From NCBI GenBank assembly GCA_963740315.1, contig CAVUDP010000004.1:512001-576000 (forward strand): 64,000 nucleotides of DNA. Direction: 5' to 3'. The position numbers and the translations under genes are program-made. The stretch comes from an uncultured cyanobacterium (GTDB lineage: Bacteria > Cyanobacteriota > Cyanobacteriia > Cyanobacteriales > Nostocaceae). Positions 52,813-62,624 of the stretch are shown here, piece after piece; position 1 is the stretch's first letter, and each line of letters begins with the position of its first letter. The notes under the pieces were generated by a model that did no database searches, was not told the origin of the DNA, and was given only the letters and a program-made list of their open reading frames with translations.

Positions 52813-53629
52813 ATTGATAACTAATCCAATCACTCCAACTGCCGGGATAAAGTTTACCCGTGTGAATTCCTGCTAATTCTAAAGAAAGTAAATTAACGCA
52901 GGCTGTAACACCAGAACCGCAATAAACTATTATTTCTTGATTATCTTTTAATTGCGACCAACGTTTACTTTGCTGTTGTTGTGGAAGTAAATAACCATCC
53001 GCATTAGTTACTTGTTTCCAAGGATAATTAATCGCACCTTCTATATGACCTGCTATTTTATCAATCGGTTCTCTAATACCTTGATAGCGATCGCTTTCTC
53101 TTGAATCTATTAAAGCTGTTGTAGCTAAATCTTTACGGTTTATCACAACTTCTCTATCTACTATCATTTGCGATCGTGGCTGAGGTATAAATTTACCTTT
53201 ACGTTGAGAAGGAACAATATCTGTAACGGGATATTCAGATGCAAGCCATCCACTAAAACCTCCATCTAAAACCGCTACTTGTTCGTGTCCTAAATAGCGT
53301 AACAACCACCACAAACGAGACGCGAAAGCAAGCTGCGAATCATCATAAGCGACAACTAAGGTTTCCCCATTCACTCCCATTGCTGATAATTTCTCGGCAA
53401 ATTCGTCAATATTAGGTAAAGGATGTCTTCCCCCATGTTTTTGTACGCTCGATGAAAGGTCTTGATTTAAATCTAAGTAATATGAACCAGGAATATGACT
53501 TGTTTGATACTGTTCTTTTCCCTGTTGTGGATTAGCTAGAGAAAAACGACAATCAAATACGACTATATCGGGATCGTTGAGATGTTCAAAAAGCCACTTA
53601 TTAGAAACAATAAAAGATGTGTCTTCCAT
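52811..53629 (-). CDS. Two-domain rhodanese / 3-mercaptopyruvate sulfurtransferase (SseA-like)
   Basis: SHIPGS, GRHPLP, ASRLWWLL, LDGG, GHIEGA, YCGSGVTAC, YPGSWSDW. Confidence 0.93.
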   Translation of the reverse strand: MEDTSFIVSNKWLFEHLNDPDIVVFDCRFSLANPQQGKEQYQTSHIPGSYYLDLNQDLSSSVQKHGGRHPLPNIDEFAEKLSAMGVNGETLVVAYDDSQLAFASRLWWLLRYLGHEQVAVLDGGFSGWLASEYPVTDIVPSQRKGKFIPQPRSQMIVDREVVINRKDLATTALIDSRESDRYQGIREPIDKIAGHIEGAINYPWKQVTNADGYLLPQQQQSKRWSQLKDNQEIIVYCGSGVTACVNLLSLELAGIHTGKLYPGSWSDWISYQ

Positions 53630-53765
53630 AATTTTGGGTTTTGGATTAAAAAAAACAAGTTCCTGTCTTTCCAAGGGATAATTTCAAATATCCGAACGCG
53701 AATAAATTTTAATTTAAAATCTAAAATCTAAAATCTAAAATCTAAAATCTAAAATCTAAAATCGA

Positions 53766-54644
53766 ATGACTAATCAAGATTTTACACCACACCAAACAGC
53801 AGATGGCTCATTTACTTTCTTTTCTGAAGAATTCAATGAATTATTTCACAGTCATTTCGGAGCAAAACAAGAAAGCTATTTTAAGTATGTTGTTCCTACC
53901 TTATTAATAGATAAAGCCCCGAGGTCGGTATTACGATTATTAGATGTTTGTTATGGACTAGGATACAACACGGCAACCGCTATTGAAAAAATTTGGGAAA
54001 TTAATCCTAACTGTTATATAGAGGTTATTTGTCTGGAATTAAATCCAACAGTGCCCCAAGCTGCAATTAAACATAATTTACTCGATTGGAATACCGATCT
54101 GACAAAAATCTTGACAACACTAGCAATCGATCGTCAAGTACAAACAGAATATCTTAAAGCCACCCTGATAATTGGCGATGCTAGAGATAAAATTAACCAA
54201 GTATATCAATCGGGTTTTAAAGCTGACGCAATTTTTCTCGATCCTTTTTCACCACCTCAGTGTCCTCACTTATGGACTATTGAATTTATTGAATTAGTTT
54301 CTCGGTGTTTGCAACAAGATGGTTTATTAGCCACTTACTCTTGTGCTGCTGCTGTCCGCACCGCGCTTTTAAACGCCTCATTAAGCATTGGTTCGACTCT
54401 TCCTGTTGGTAGAAAATCTCCCGGTACAGTTGCCGGATTTAACGCAAAAGCATACGAAGAACAACTTTCAAGCCTTTCTCAATCTGAAAAAGAACATTTA
54501 CTAACCCGTGCTGCTGTTCCCTACCGAGATCCAAAACTAACTGACTCTGCATCTGTAATTATCAAACGGCGCGATCGCGAGCAACAAGCTTCTGACTTTG
54601 AACCTACATCACGTTGGCGTAAACGGTGGCATCTGGTAAATTAG
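53766..54644 (+). CDS. MnmC/MnmD-like SAM-dependent methyltransferase (tRNA U34 mnm5 family)
   Basis: TADGSFTFFS..FHS..GA..ES, LDVCYGLGYN, GDAR, FLDPFSP..PHLW, LATYS. Confidence 0.85.
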   Translation: MTNQDFTPHQTADGSFTFFSEEFNELFHSHFGAKQESYFKYVVPTLLIDKAPRSVLRLLDVCYGLGYNTATAIEKIWEINPNCYIEVICLELNPTVPQAAIKHNLLDWNTDLTKILTTLAIDRQVQTEYLKATLIIGDARDKINQVYQSGFKADAIFLDPFSPPQCPHLWTIEFIELVSRCLQQDGLLATYSCAAAVRTALLNASLSIGSTLPVGRKSPGTVAGFNAKAYEEQLSSLSQSEKEHLLTRAAVPYRDPKLTDSASVIIKRRDREQQASDFEPTSRWRKRWHLVN

Positions 54645-54781
54645 TTAACAATGTTTGCGGTAATTGCTTGTATCCTATGTATTCACCTATAACCGCAAGT
54701 TCTCCCATTACTTATAAAAAATACGCGGTTAAAATTAATACTTGTTAACAATAATATAATGTTTAGCGAAATAACAAAAAA

Positions 54782-54797
54782 TGTGAGAAAAGTCACT
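54782..54797. promoter_or_regulatory. CRP-type site TGTGA-N6-TCACT
   Basis: AAATGTGAGAAAAGTCACTTT matches 9/10 core bases of TGTGA-N6-TCACA. Confidence 0.45.
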
Positions 54798-55197
54798 TTC
54801 AATCCAGTTGAATATCATTGACATAGTGTTAATAACATATTTCAATAATCGTATTCATATTTGGGCGAAATTACTATCAATGGTTTATTTAACATTGTTT
54901 ACCGTCACAATAGTTCTTAACAAATCGATCTAAATTCTAGGATTTAAAGATTATTTAAATGATATTTGTTGAAGTAAATCTCCGTGGAAAACCTGATTGA
55001 ACATTAGCTTCAATTGACCATACTATAATTGTATAATAGGGAAAATTGTCAGACATAATTTCTCTATCTTCTTTAAAAAACCTAAAAAAAATTAGTCTTG
55101 TGTTTTTATTAAGTTATTTAGGCATAAATAATTAAAAGCCCTTATTAATGCTTTTTAAAATACGTTCAAGTACTAAACTAGATTTTGAAACATTGCA

Positions 55198-56451
55198 TTG
55201 TTAATAAACAAATGGAGTGCCTTTGTGATTCAATGGAAATCCAATTATACAGGTTCTACCGATCGAAAAGTTAGTGGGTCAAACCCCACAACCTTATATA
55301 ATCAAATCGGTAAAAATAATGCCTTAACAACGGAGTCAGAACGTCATACAGGGGAGTTATCGAATCATGACTTAAAGGTTAAAGAAACATTAAATGAGGA
55401 TTCTAATAATTATGCGCGTGTTGATACCGAACGCGATTTAAAGGTTTCAAGAACGTTACAGAGGAAGGGATATACGTTAAATAGCTTTGAAAATGATGTT
55501 CCCAAAGTTTTGGTCGTTGACGATCATGCTGCTAGTCGAATGACAGCAGTAGCTCTTTTGGGAATGGAAGGTTACGAAGTAATTGAAGCCGAAAGTGGTT
55601 CTGCTGCTTTATATTTAGTCGGTGAAAAGCAACCAGATTTGATTTTGCTTGACGTAATGATGCCGGAAATGGATGGCTTTGAAGTTTGTCAATTGCTCAA
55701 GCAGGATGAGCAAACTAGGTTAATCCCGGTAATTTTCATTACGGCTTTGAACGATAGGCGATCGCGAATTCGGGGAATTGAAGTAGGGGCGGATGATTTT
55801 TTAAGCAAACCCTTTGACAGAGTGGAGTTGGCGGCACGGGTTAAGTCTTTGGTGCGCCAGAAACGTTTGAATGAAGATTTAGATCATGCTGAAAAAGCGC
55901 TGTTTTCGATTGCGAGGGCAATTGAAAGCCGCGATCCTAATACCGGCGATCATTGCGAACGCTTGGTAAAATTGGGAAAAACTTTTGGTGAATATCTCGG
56001 TCTTTCACGCAATCAAATTAGGGATTTGATGTGGGGCGGTTATCTTCACGATATCGGTAAGGTAGGTATTCCCGATTCGGTATTGCTTAAAAAAGGAAAA
56101 CTAACCGCCCAAGAGTGGGAAGTAATGAGACAGCACGTTTTAATTGGGGAAAAAATCTGTCAGCCATTACGCAGTATGCGGGGAGTAATTCCTATTATCC
56201 GCAGCCATCACGAACGCTGGGACGGTACTGGCTATCCCGACGGACTTAAAGGTAATGAAATTCCTTTCTTAGCGCAGGTGTTTCAAATGATTGATATTTT
56301 CGACGCTTTAACAAGCGAAAGACCATATAAAAAAGCTTTTACACCAACTGAAGCCCTATCAATTATGACGGAAGAAACAAACAAAGGCTGGCGCGATCGA
56401 AAACTAATGCAGCAGTTTACTGAATTTATTACTACCATAGATTGCAGCTAG
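55198..56451 (+). CDS. Response regulator with HD-GYP (cyclic dinucleotide phosphodiesterase) domain; start uncertain
   Basis: REC (VVDD, LLDVMMP, FITAL, SKP) plus TGDHCER, YLHDIGK, HHERWDGTGYP. Confidence 0.92.
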   Translation: MLINKWSAFVIQWKSNYTGSTDRKVSGSNPTTLYNQIGKNNALTTESERHTGELSNHDLKVKETLNEDSNNYARVDTERDLKVSRTLQRKGYTLNSFENDVPKVLVVDDHAASRMTAVALLGMEGYEVIEAESGSAALYLVGEKQPDLILLDVMMPEMDGFEVCQLLKQDEQTRLIPVIFITALNDRRSRIRGIEVGADDFLSKPFDRVELAARVKSLVRQKRLNEDLDHAEKALFSIARAIESRDPNTGDHCERLVKLGKTFGEYLGLSRNQIRDLMWGGYLHDIGKVGIPDSVLLKKGKLTAQEWEVMRQHVLIGEKICQPLRSMRGVIPIIRSHHERWDGTGYPDGLKGNEIPFLAQVFQMIDIFDALTSERPYKKAFTPTEALSIMTEETNKGWRDRKLMQQFTEFITTIDCS

Positions 56452-56544
56452 TTGTAAGCGATTAACATTTCGGTTTGCTAGGGAATCGGGTATATTTAAG
56501 CCGAAATAAAAATTTGCATTTTTACTTATAGCTGTTGGCTGATT

Positions 56545-57897
56545 ATGGTAGTAGTAGCAATTTTAGCGGCTGGACGCGGTACAAGAATGAAATCAAACCT
56601 ACCCAAGGTTTTACATACTTTGGGCGGTAAATCGCTTGTAGAAAGAGTTATCCAAAGTGTTGAACCGCTGCAACCAGAACGTCGGATAGCGATCGTTGGG
56701 TATTTAGCACAAGAGGTAAAAACAGCATTACAGCCTATTGCCGATTTAGAGTTTGTCGAACAAACCGTGCAGTTAGGAACGGGTCATGCCATTCAGCAAT
56801 TATTGCCTCATTTAGAAGGGTACAATGGGGATCTGCTGATACTTAATGGCGATGTACCATTATTACGCAGCGAAACTCTCAAAAATTTCTTGCAAATCCA
56901 CCAAGAAAATCAAAATGCAGCGACTGTTCTGACAGCGAAACTCCCCAATCCTAAAGGCTATGGGCGAGTTTTTTGCGATGATAACAATGTAGTACAGCAA
57001 ATCGTTGAAGATAAAGACTGTACTGCTGCTCAAAGAGAAAATCAGCGGATCAACGCTGGGGTTTACTGTTTTCGCTGGCAAGATTTAGCAAAGATACTAC
57101 CTCATTTACAGACAAACAACGCTCAGAAAGAATATTATCTTACCGATGCCGTAACTCAAGTTACCCCAGTCATGGCGGTAGATGTAGAAGATTACCAAGA
57201 AATTGGAGGCATTAACGATCGCTTACAATTATCGAGTGCTTACGATATATTGCAAGCCAGAATCAAAGAAAAATGGATGAAAGCTGGTGTCACTTTGATA
57301 GACTCCGCCAGTATCACCATAGACGAAACAGTAGAATTACAACCAGACATAATTATTGAACCCCAAACTCACCTGCGCGGTAATACAGTCATTAAAGCAG
57401 GAAGTCGCATTGGTCCGGGAAGCTTAATTGAAAATAGCTTAATCGGCGAAAACGTCACCGTCAAATATTCCGTAATTACCGATAGCATAGTTCAAAATAA
57501 CAGCCGAATTGGACCTTACGCTCATTTACGAGGTCATGCAGAAGTTGGTGAAAACTGCCGTATAGGTAATTTTGTCGAATTGAAAAACAGCAAATTAGGC
57601 AACGGTACCAACGCCGCTCACCTCTCTTATCTGGGAGATACAACTATCGGAACCAAAGCAAATATCGGTGGAGGAACCATTACAGCCAACTACGACGGCG
57701 TTAAAAAACATCGAACCATAATTGGCAACAACACCGGAACTGGTTGCAATAGCGTTCTAATTGCACCAATTACTATAGGTAATAATGCATACGTAGCAGC
57801 CGGTTCAACCATCACAGATGATGTTCCAGATAACAGCTTAGTTATTGCTCGCCAGCGTCAAGTTGTTAAAGAAGGATGGGAGATGAAAAAGGAATAG
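56545..57897 (+). CDS. glmU: Bifunctional UDP-GlcNAc pyrophosphorylase / glucosamine-1-phosphate acetyltransferase
   Basis: [47 protein letters not shown]. Confidence 0.97.
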   Translation: MVVVAILAAGRGTRMKSNLPKVLHTLGGKSLVERVIQSVEPLQPERRIAIVGYLAQEVKTALQPIADLEFVEQTVQLGTGHAIQQLLPHLEGYNGDLLILNGDVPLLRSETLKNFLQIHQENQNAATVLTAKLPNPKGYGRVFCDDNNVVQQIVEDKDCTAAQRENQRINAGVYCFRWQDLAKILPHLQTNNAQKEYYLTDAVTQVTPVMAVDVEDYQEIGGINDRLQLSSAYDILQARIKEKWMKAGVTLIDSASITIDETVELQPDIIIEPQTHLRGNTVIKAGSRIGPGSLIENSLIGENVTVKYSVITDSIVQNNSRIGPYAHLRGHAEVGENCRIGNFVELKNSKLGNGTNAAHLSYLGDTTIGTKANIGGGTITANYDGVKKHRTIIGNNTGTGCNSVLIAPITIGNNAYVAAGSTITDDVPDNSLVIARQRQVVKEGWEMKKE

Positions 57898-57920
57898 GAG
57901 ATGGGGAGAGGGGGAGATGG

Positions 57921-58022
57921 TAAGCCCAAAACGTGCGGATGAACACGACCGTTGAGAGAAGTGGCGCAACCCGTTACTCTAACGAGTCGTGCCGCGCTGA
58001 ACACGCGGAGCGTGCGGCGAGC
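57921..58022 (+). other. GC-rich structured ~100-nt insert within a tandem-repeat tract; possibly a group II intron 5' fragment
   Basis: GTGCG at 57933 followed by hairpins CACGAC-CGTTGAGAG...CTCTAACG-A-GTCGTG and CCGCG...CGCGG. Confidence 0.3.
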
Positions 58023-58159
58023 GGGGGAGAGGGGGAGTACTTCGACAAGCTCAGTAACCTTTGGGGAGATGGGGAGAGGGGGTAGAATTTTATAACACCT
58101 AACTCCTCACTCCTAACTCCTAACTCCTCACTCAATGCCCCATGCCCCATGCCCACTTC

Positions 58160-59113
58160 TTAACTACATCCCACCTGCATTTCTTCGGACACTTCCAAGG
58201 TATCGCCGATTTTTTCGCCGTCGTGGTAGGCAGCAAGTAATACTTCGCTGGTTTTACCCCAAGCAATCGTTCCTTTGGCATCAAGGGCGATCGCACCCAA
58301 ATCCCGCTTATTTTGTTGCGATTCGATAAACGAACGCTGCATGGCATCTTGAAGAGTCATGCCATCACCCACGCGCACTACAATTCGGGGTGCTAAACAT
58401 TCATCAATAATATCCTCTCCAATACCCGTACAGCTTACTGCGGCTTCCTTAGTAGCATAATTACCGGCTGGCATGGCAGAATCACTGACACGCCCTATAC
58501 GCTCGAAGCCCTTACCACCCGTGGAAGTTCCCACTGACAAGTTTCCTTGGCTATCTAAAGCAACTACACCAATAGTGCCGCGTCGGGCGCTACCGTTTGA
58601 TATCAGTTCCTTTTGAGCTACTACCCCAGCCATTGTCTTTTTAAAGTTGTCTTGACGTTCGTGCAACCACTCTTGTAAACGCACGTCAGTTAAAGGGTTA
58701 TAACTGGGAACCTGTAGCTCCCTTGCCAACTCAGCAGCACCATAATCCGAAAGAACTCTATCGGTCGAACTTTGTAAAGCCTGCGCCAACTCAATAGGAT
58801 TTTGTATTCGCGTAATATTAATTACACCGCTAAAGCTTTGTGCCGTGCCATCCATTAAAGCAGCACTCATGCGAATTTGACCATCGGATTGCAGCACCGA
58901 ACCAGTACCGGCATTAAAACAAGGATCGTCTTCCAACATTTGACAACCCATGACAACCGCTTCACCCGCACTACCTCCGGACATCAGCAGAGAATAAATT
59001 TCCTCTACTACCTTATAAAGAGAGCGACGAACAATTTCCACTCCTCCTTTATCTTTAAGAGAACTACCAGCCCCGCCGTGAATAATTAATTTAGGTTGCA
59101 CCTTGAAATTCAT
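58160..59113 (-). CDS. iaaA: Isoaspartyl peptidase / L-asparaginase (Ntn hydrolase)
   Basis: IIHGGAG, LEDDPCFNAGTGS, cleavage site RG-TIGVVALD, TSTGG, GRVSDS, SCTGIGE. Confidence 0.9.
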   Translation of the reverse strand: MNFKVQPKLIIHGGAGSSLKDKGGVEIVRRSLYKVVEEIYSLLMSGGSAGEAVVMGCQMLEDDPCFNAGTGSVLQSDGQIRMSAALMDGTAQSFSGVINITRIQNPIELAQALQSSTDRVLSDYGAAELARELQVPSYNPLTDVRLQEWLHERQDNFKKTMAGVVAQKELISNGSARRGTIGVVALDSQGNLSVGTSTGGKGFERIGRVSDSAMPAGNYATKEAAVSCTGIGEDIIDECLAPRIVVRVGDGMTLQDAMQRSFIESQQNKRDLGAIALDAKGTIAWGKTSEVLLAAYHDGEKIGDTLEVSEEMQVGCS

Positions 59114-59222
59114 TTTTATGATTTATTGTGTAGGTCTTATGGAGAAGATTTATTAGTAATTAGCGAGGGTATAGGGAAAAAAATAAAAAAGAAATATAAT
59201 TTCTAATCTGGGTTCCCAATAT

Positions 59223-59390
59223 TTAATCCCCACTCTCAACATTCACGTGAGTACGCCGACGACGGCAACGTTCAGAACAATATTTTACTTCATCCCAGCA
59301 ATCTGCCCATTTTTTGCGCCAACTAAAAGGACGCTGACAAACCGGACAGACTTTCGATGGTAAATCCGATTTAGAACGGTTACGTGCCAT
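59223..59390 (-). CDS. DUF2256 family small Cys protein (55 aa)
   Basis: Manual translation: [55 protein letters not shown]. Missing from the ORF track. Confidence 0.9.
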   Translation of the reverse strand: MARNRSKSDLPSKVCPVCQRPFSWRKKWADCWDEVKYCSERCRRRRTHVNVESGD

Positions 59391-59633
59391 AAGAGTAACG
59401 CGATTTGCAAGAAATTAATTATAACTAGCGAGCAGGGAGATGGGGGGATGGGGTTCGGGGGAGATGGGGTTCGGGGGGGATGGGGGGATGGGGAGATGGG
59501 GGGGAGACAAAGAATAGTTAGGAGTTAGGAGTTAGGAGTTAGGAGTGAGAAGTGAGGAGTTATAAAATTCTTCCCCCTCTTCCCCCTCTACCCCCTCTAC
59601 CCTCTCTACCCCCTCTTTCCAATTCCCAATTCC

Positions 59634-62498
59634 CTATTCAATCGGTAAAAGCAAACGACTAACTACTCTACCATCTGGTAATTGATAAAAATCCAATTGC
59701 CCTTGAAGTTGTTTTATCAGCTTTTTACATATTGATAGGTGTTTCATGGGTGCTTGTTTGAGTTTGGATTGAGCAAGCACGTCGGGGTTCGTATCTTGCT
59801 GTAATTCTTCTAATAATTGGGGATGAATTGTACCGTTGTCTGTAATGGATACTTCTAAAATTTGCTGTTCTAAACGACGACACCAAATATCGATTCTTCC
59901 GCCTTCTTGAGAACGATGACAAGCTGCAATTAACAATTCGCTCAGAATTAATTCAATTTTTACGATGTCGCCGCTTATCGTTATTTGTGAGTTAGAGATG
60001 AACGAATCATCTGTATATGAGTCCTCACCGTCCAATTTTTGTCCCAATCCATGCACTCCTACCCAGAGCTTATGTTGTTTGAGTAGTTTGTTGACTCCTT
60101 TCAAAGAACCTTTGATTAAACTTGCGATCGCTACTGTTTCGCGATTAAAAATTAATTGCCACTGTTCGGTTTTTAGCAGTGCAGTTGTAGAAGCAACGGT
60201 ATTATCTAACTGTCGTAGCAATTGCTGATAGCGTGTTAGGGTTAGTTGATCGTTCGGAATGCCTAAGTCGTGCATTTGACTCAGTAGCATGACGGTATTT
60301 CGACGGTTATCTTCAAAGCGCCGATGTTTGTACCAGTTTAATTGCTGCAATCCCTCCGTTTGTGAGTGAAGAAGTTGTGTAACTTGCTTTTGCCGACGCG
60401 ACCAAGCTAGGCGATCGATCAGAGTTTCTACAGCATCTAAAATTTCCGGCGACCATTGCCGTTGCGCTTCGTCTGCCATTAATATTACGCCAGTTGGTTC
60501 ATATTCAGCAGCAGTACGTAGAGCGATGAGCAAAATTTTCCCAATTCCGGAGCCGCAAAGCCACTGTCTGGTGGAAATAGGTAAATCCGAGGCATTTAAG
60601 CTGACTAATCCGGATGTGGTTAATGCTGAGTGAATCAGTAAATCGGTATTGATTGGAATAGTTAGATCGGTAACTACATTAAAGCGATCGTTCGCAACAA
60701 CTCCAGGTATAATTTGAGCAAATTTTTCGCCGGGATTCCAAGATAAGAGTACGGTTAAGGGACAGTTGAGAATTGTAGCTATTTGTTCGAGTACTACAAT
60801 TTCAGGAAGATTTTCTTTCTCTTCGATCGCGTTGGTATTGTGTAGCGGTTCGATAACTCGCAAACTTTGCCCAAAAGTATGCCAAATTTGTTGCTGATGT
60901 TGGGTTTGTTGATACAGTTGCCATTGACGGACGATCGCTCCTAGTTGCTGAGCAACAACTTGTACTAATTCCTTTTCCACAGTTGTCCAAGAGCGATCGC
61001 TTTCGTTGGCAATAACTAAAATTGCATTACTTATTTTTTGAGGAGTGCAGTTACTAACCAAAACCGAACGCAATCCTGCTTCGAGCAAAGAAGAACGCCA
61101 GTTAAAAAATCGTAAATCCTCTTCTAAGTTTTCTACACCTACAGCTTGTGTAGAACGTTCTAAAAGTTGTGCGTCTACTTCTTTTAAAGCATCCAAACTA
61201 AATTTTAAAGGTCGCCGTTTATGGGGTTGACTTTGGTAAAAAAAGTTATATTCGCCTACTTCGTTATCGTAAAATAATAATAAAAATCGAGTCGCAGCTA
61301 ATCGATTTAAAACTTTTGCCGCACAGTTATCTAAAACTTGTTCAATATCTTCATCGTTATAAATGCTTTCTACAATCTGACTTTTAAGATTCGCGTCTTC
61401 TTGTATTTGTTGGATGCTAGTTTCCATATTTTCGGTTAAGCAAACTAAGGAAATTAAGCCAGCCGCACCTTTGACAAAGTTTTTATCTGCTTCAGTCCAG
61501 ATGCGAGGTTCTTTACCTTCCACTGCTAAAAATCCTAACAAGTCTTTTTGCCAAAGAATAGGAGCAATTAAAAGACTGCGTACATCAAGTTGTTTGAGTA
61601 GATTTTTAGTACTATAACTTTTGAGCGAACTGCGTCCTTCTCCAATCCAAACTAATTGCGAAGCAGACATTGCATAATAAAAGTCGCTTAAATCTTCTAC
61701 CGTTACAGTATGTGCTTTCTTTTGACTTGATACTTTACCCAAGTTGAAACACTGAGTACTGATTCTCTGCCAAAAGTAACGTTTTTGAGGGTCAAACCAG
61801 TAAACGTTCGTCCGACTGGGCACGATAAACTGATGAGTAGAGGACACTACAGCCTCTAACCTTTGTTCTAAAGTGGCTAGAGTTCTTAATTTTTCTAAAA
61901 GTCGCAGTAATATCTCGTCTGGGTGTTTGGTTTGCTTATGTTGCAAATCCATTTCAAGTTGGAAAAGTGCCGTACCTAGTTCTCCTATGACGATCGTTAA
62001 CTGAGCCTTAGCTTCGCTACCAATTAAATAACCCCAGCGTTTGGAACCCAGCATTACCACACCCAAACAACGATCTTTGTGGCGGATGGGTAACATAATT
62101 GTTCCTTGGATATCGAACTTTGCCGCAATTTCTTGCCATCCTTCCGCCCGTTTTTCGACTCGCAAATCGGCTACACCCATCGGACGCTGTTGAATAACAA
62201 CTTGTTCTAACAAATCCCCCGGACTCAAAACCACCCTTTGTTCTAAATAGCTATTGTCACGATCGCTATCGGGTATCGCGCCGCCTTTGCCGAACAATAT
62301 ATGATTGAGACGATCGTAAAGAGCAATCCAAATTAATGAATAATCAAATTGCTCCTTTAAATATGAAATAGTCTTTTCAATCAGAACGTCAGCATTATCC
62401 TCTTCCCTCAAAGTTTGAAGGATGCGCCCTAATGAAAAGATTTGCTGCTCGGCGGCTGAAAATTTTTGATGCTGCCTCATCTGATTCTCGGTAAACAT
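59634..62498 (-). CDS. Multi-GAF protein with a degenerate histidine-kinase-like C-terminus
   Basis: Several GAF-like units (MLPIRH..LGVVMLG, IAPILW..LLGFL..WTEAD); HATPase-like ITDNG, but the N and G2 boxes are degenerate. Confidence 0.8.
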   Translation of the reverse strand: MFTENQMRQHQKFSAAEQQIFSLGRILQTLREEDNADVLIEKTISYLKEQFDYSLIWIALYDRLNHILFGKGGAIPDSDRDNSYLEQRVVLSPGDLLEQVVIQQRPMGVADLRVEKRAEGWQEIAAKFDIQGTIMLPIRHKDRCLGVVMLGSKRWGYLIGSEAKAQLTIVIGELGTALFQLEMDLQHKQTKHPDEILLRLLEKLRTLATLEQRLEAVVSSTHQFIVPSRTNVYWFDPQKRYFWQRISTQCFNLGKVSSQKKAHTVTVEDLSDFYYAMSASQLVWIGEGRSSLKSYSTKNLLKQLDVRSLLIAPILWQKDLLGFLAVEGKEPRIWTEADKNFVKGAAGLISLVCLTENMETSIQQIQEDANLKSQIVESIYNDEDIEQVLDNCAAKVLNRLAATRFLLLFYDNEVGEYNFFYQSQPHKRRPLKFSLDALKEVDAQLLERSTQAVGVENLEEDLRFFNWRSSLLEAGLRSVLVSNCTPQKISNAILVIANESDRSWTTVEKELVQVVAQQLGAIVRQWQLYQQTQHQQQIWHTFGQSLRVIEPLHNTNAIEEKENLPEIVVLEQIATILNCPLTVLLSWNPGEKFAQIIPGVVANDRFNVVTDLTIPINTDLLIHSALTTSGLVSLNASDLPISTRQWLCGSGIGKILLIALRTAAEYEPTGVILMADEAQRQWSPEILDAVETLIDRLAWSRRQKQVTQLLHSQTEGLQQLNWYKHRRFEDNRRNTVMLLSQMHDLGIPNDQLTLTRYQQLLRQLDNTVASTTALLKTEQWQLIFNRETVAIASLIKGSLKGVNKLLKQHKLWVGVHGLGQKLDGEDSYTDDSFISNSQITISGDIVKIELILSELLIAACHRSQEGGRIDIWCRRLEQQILEVSITDNGTIHPQLLEELQQDTNPDVLAQSKLKQAPMKHLSICKKLIKQLQGQLDFYQLPDGRVVSRLLLPIE

Positions 62499-62624
62499 AG
62501 CCTGTTACTATATAAGATGCCCAGAAAAGTCCCCCAACTTAAGCTTTCAATTATTTAAACTATTTATTGCCGAATATTTGTCAAAATATAAGTCAAAATA
62601 TAATCGTTCTTTTTTTAAACTAAA

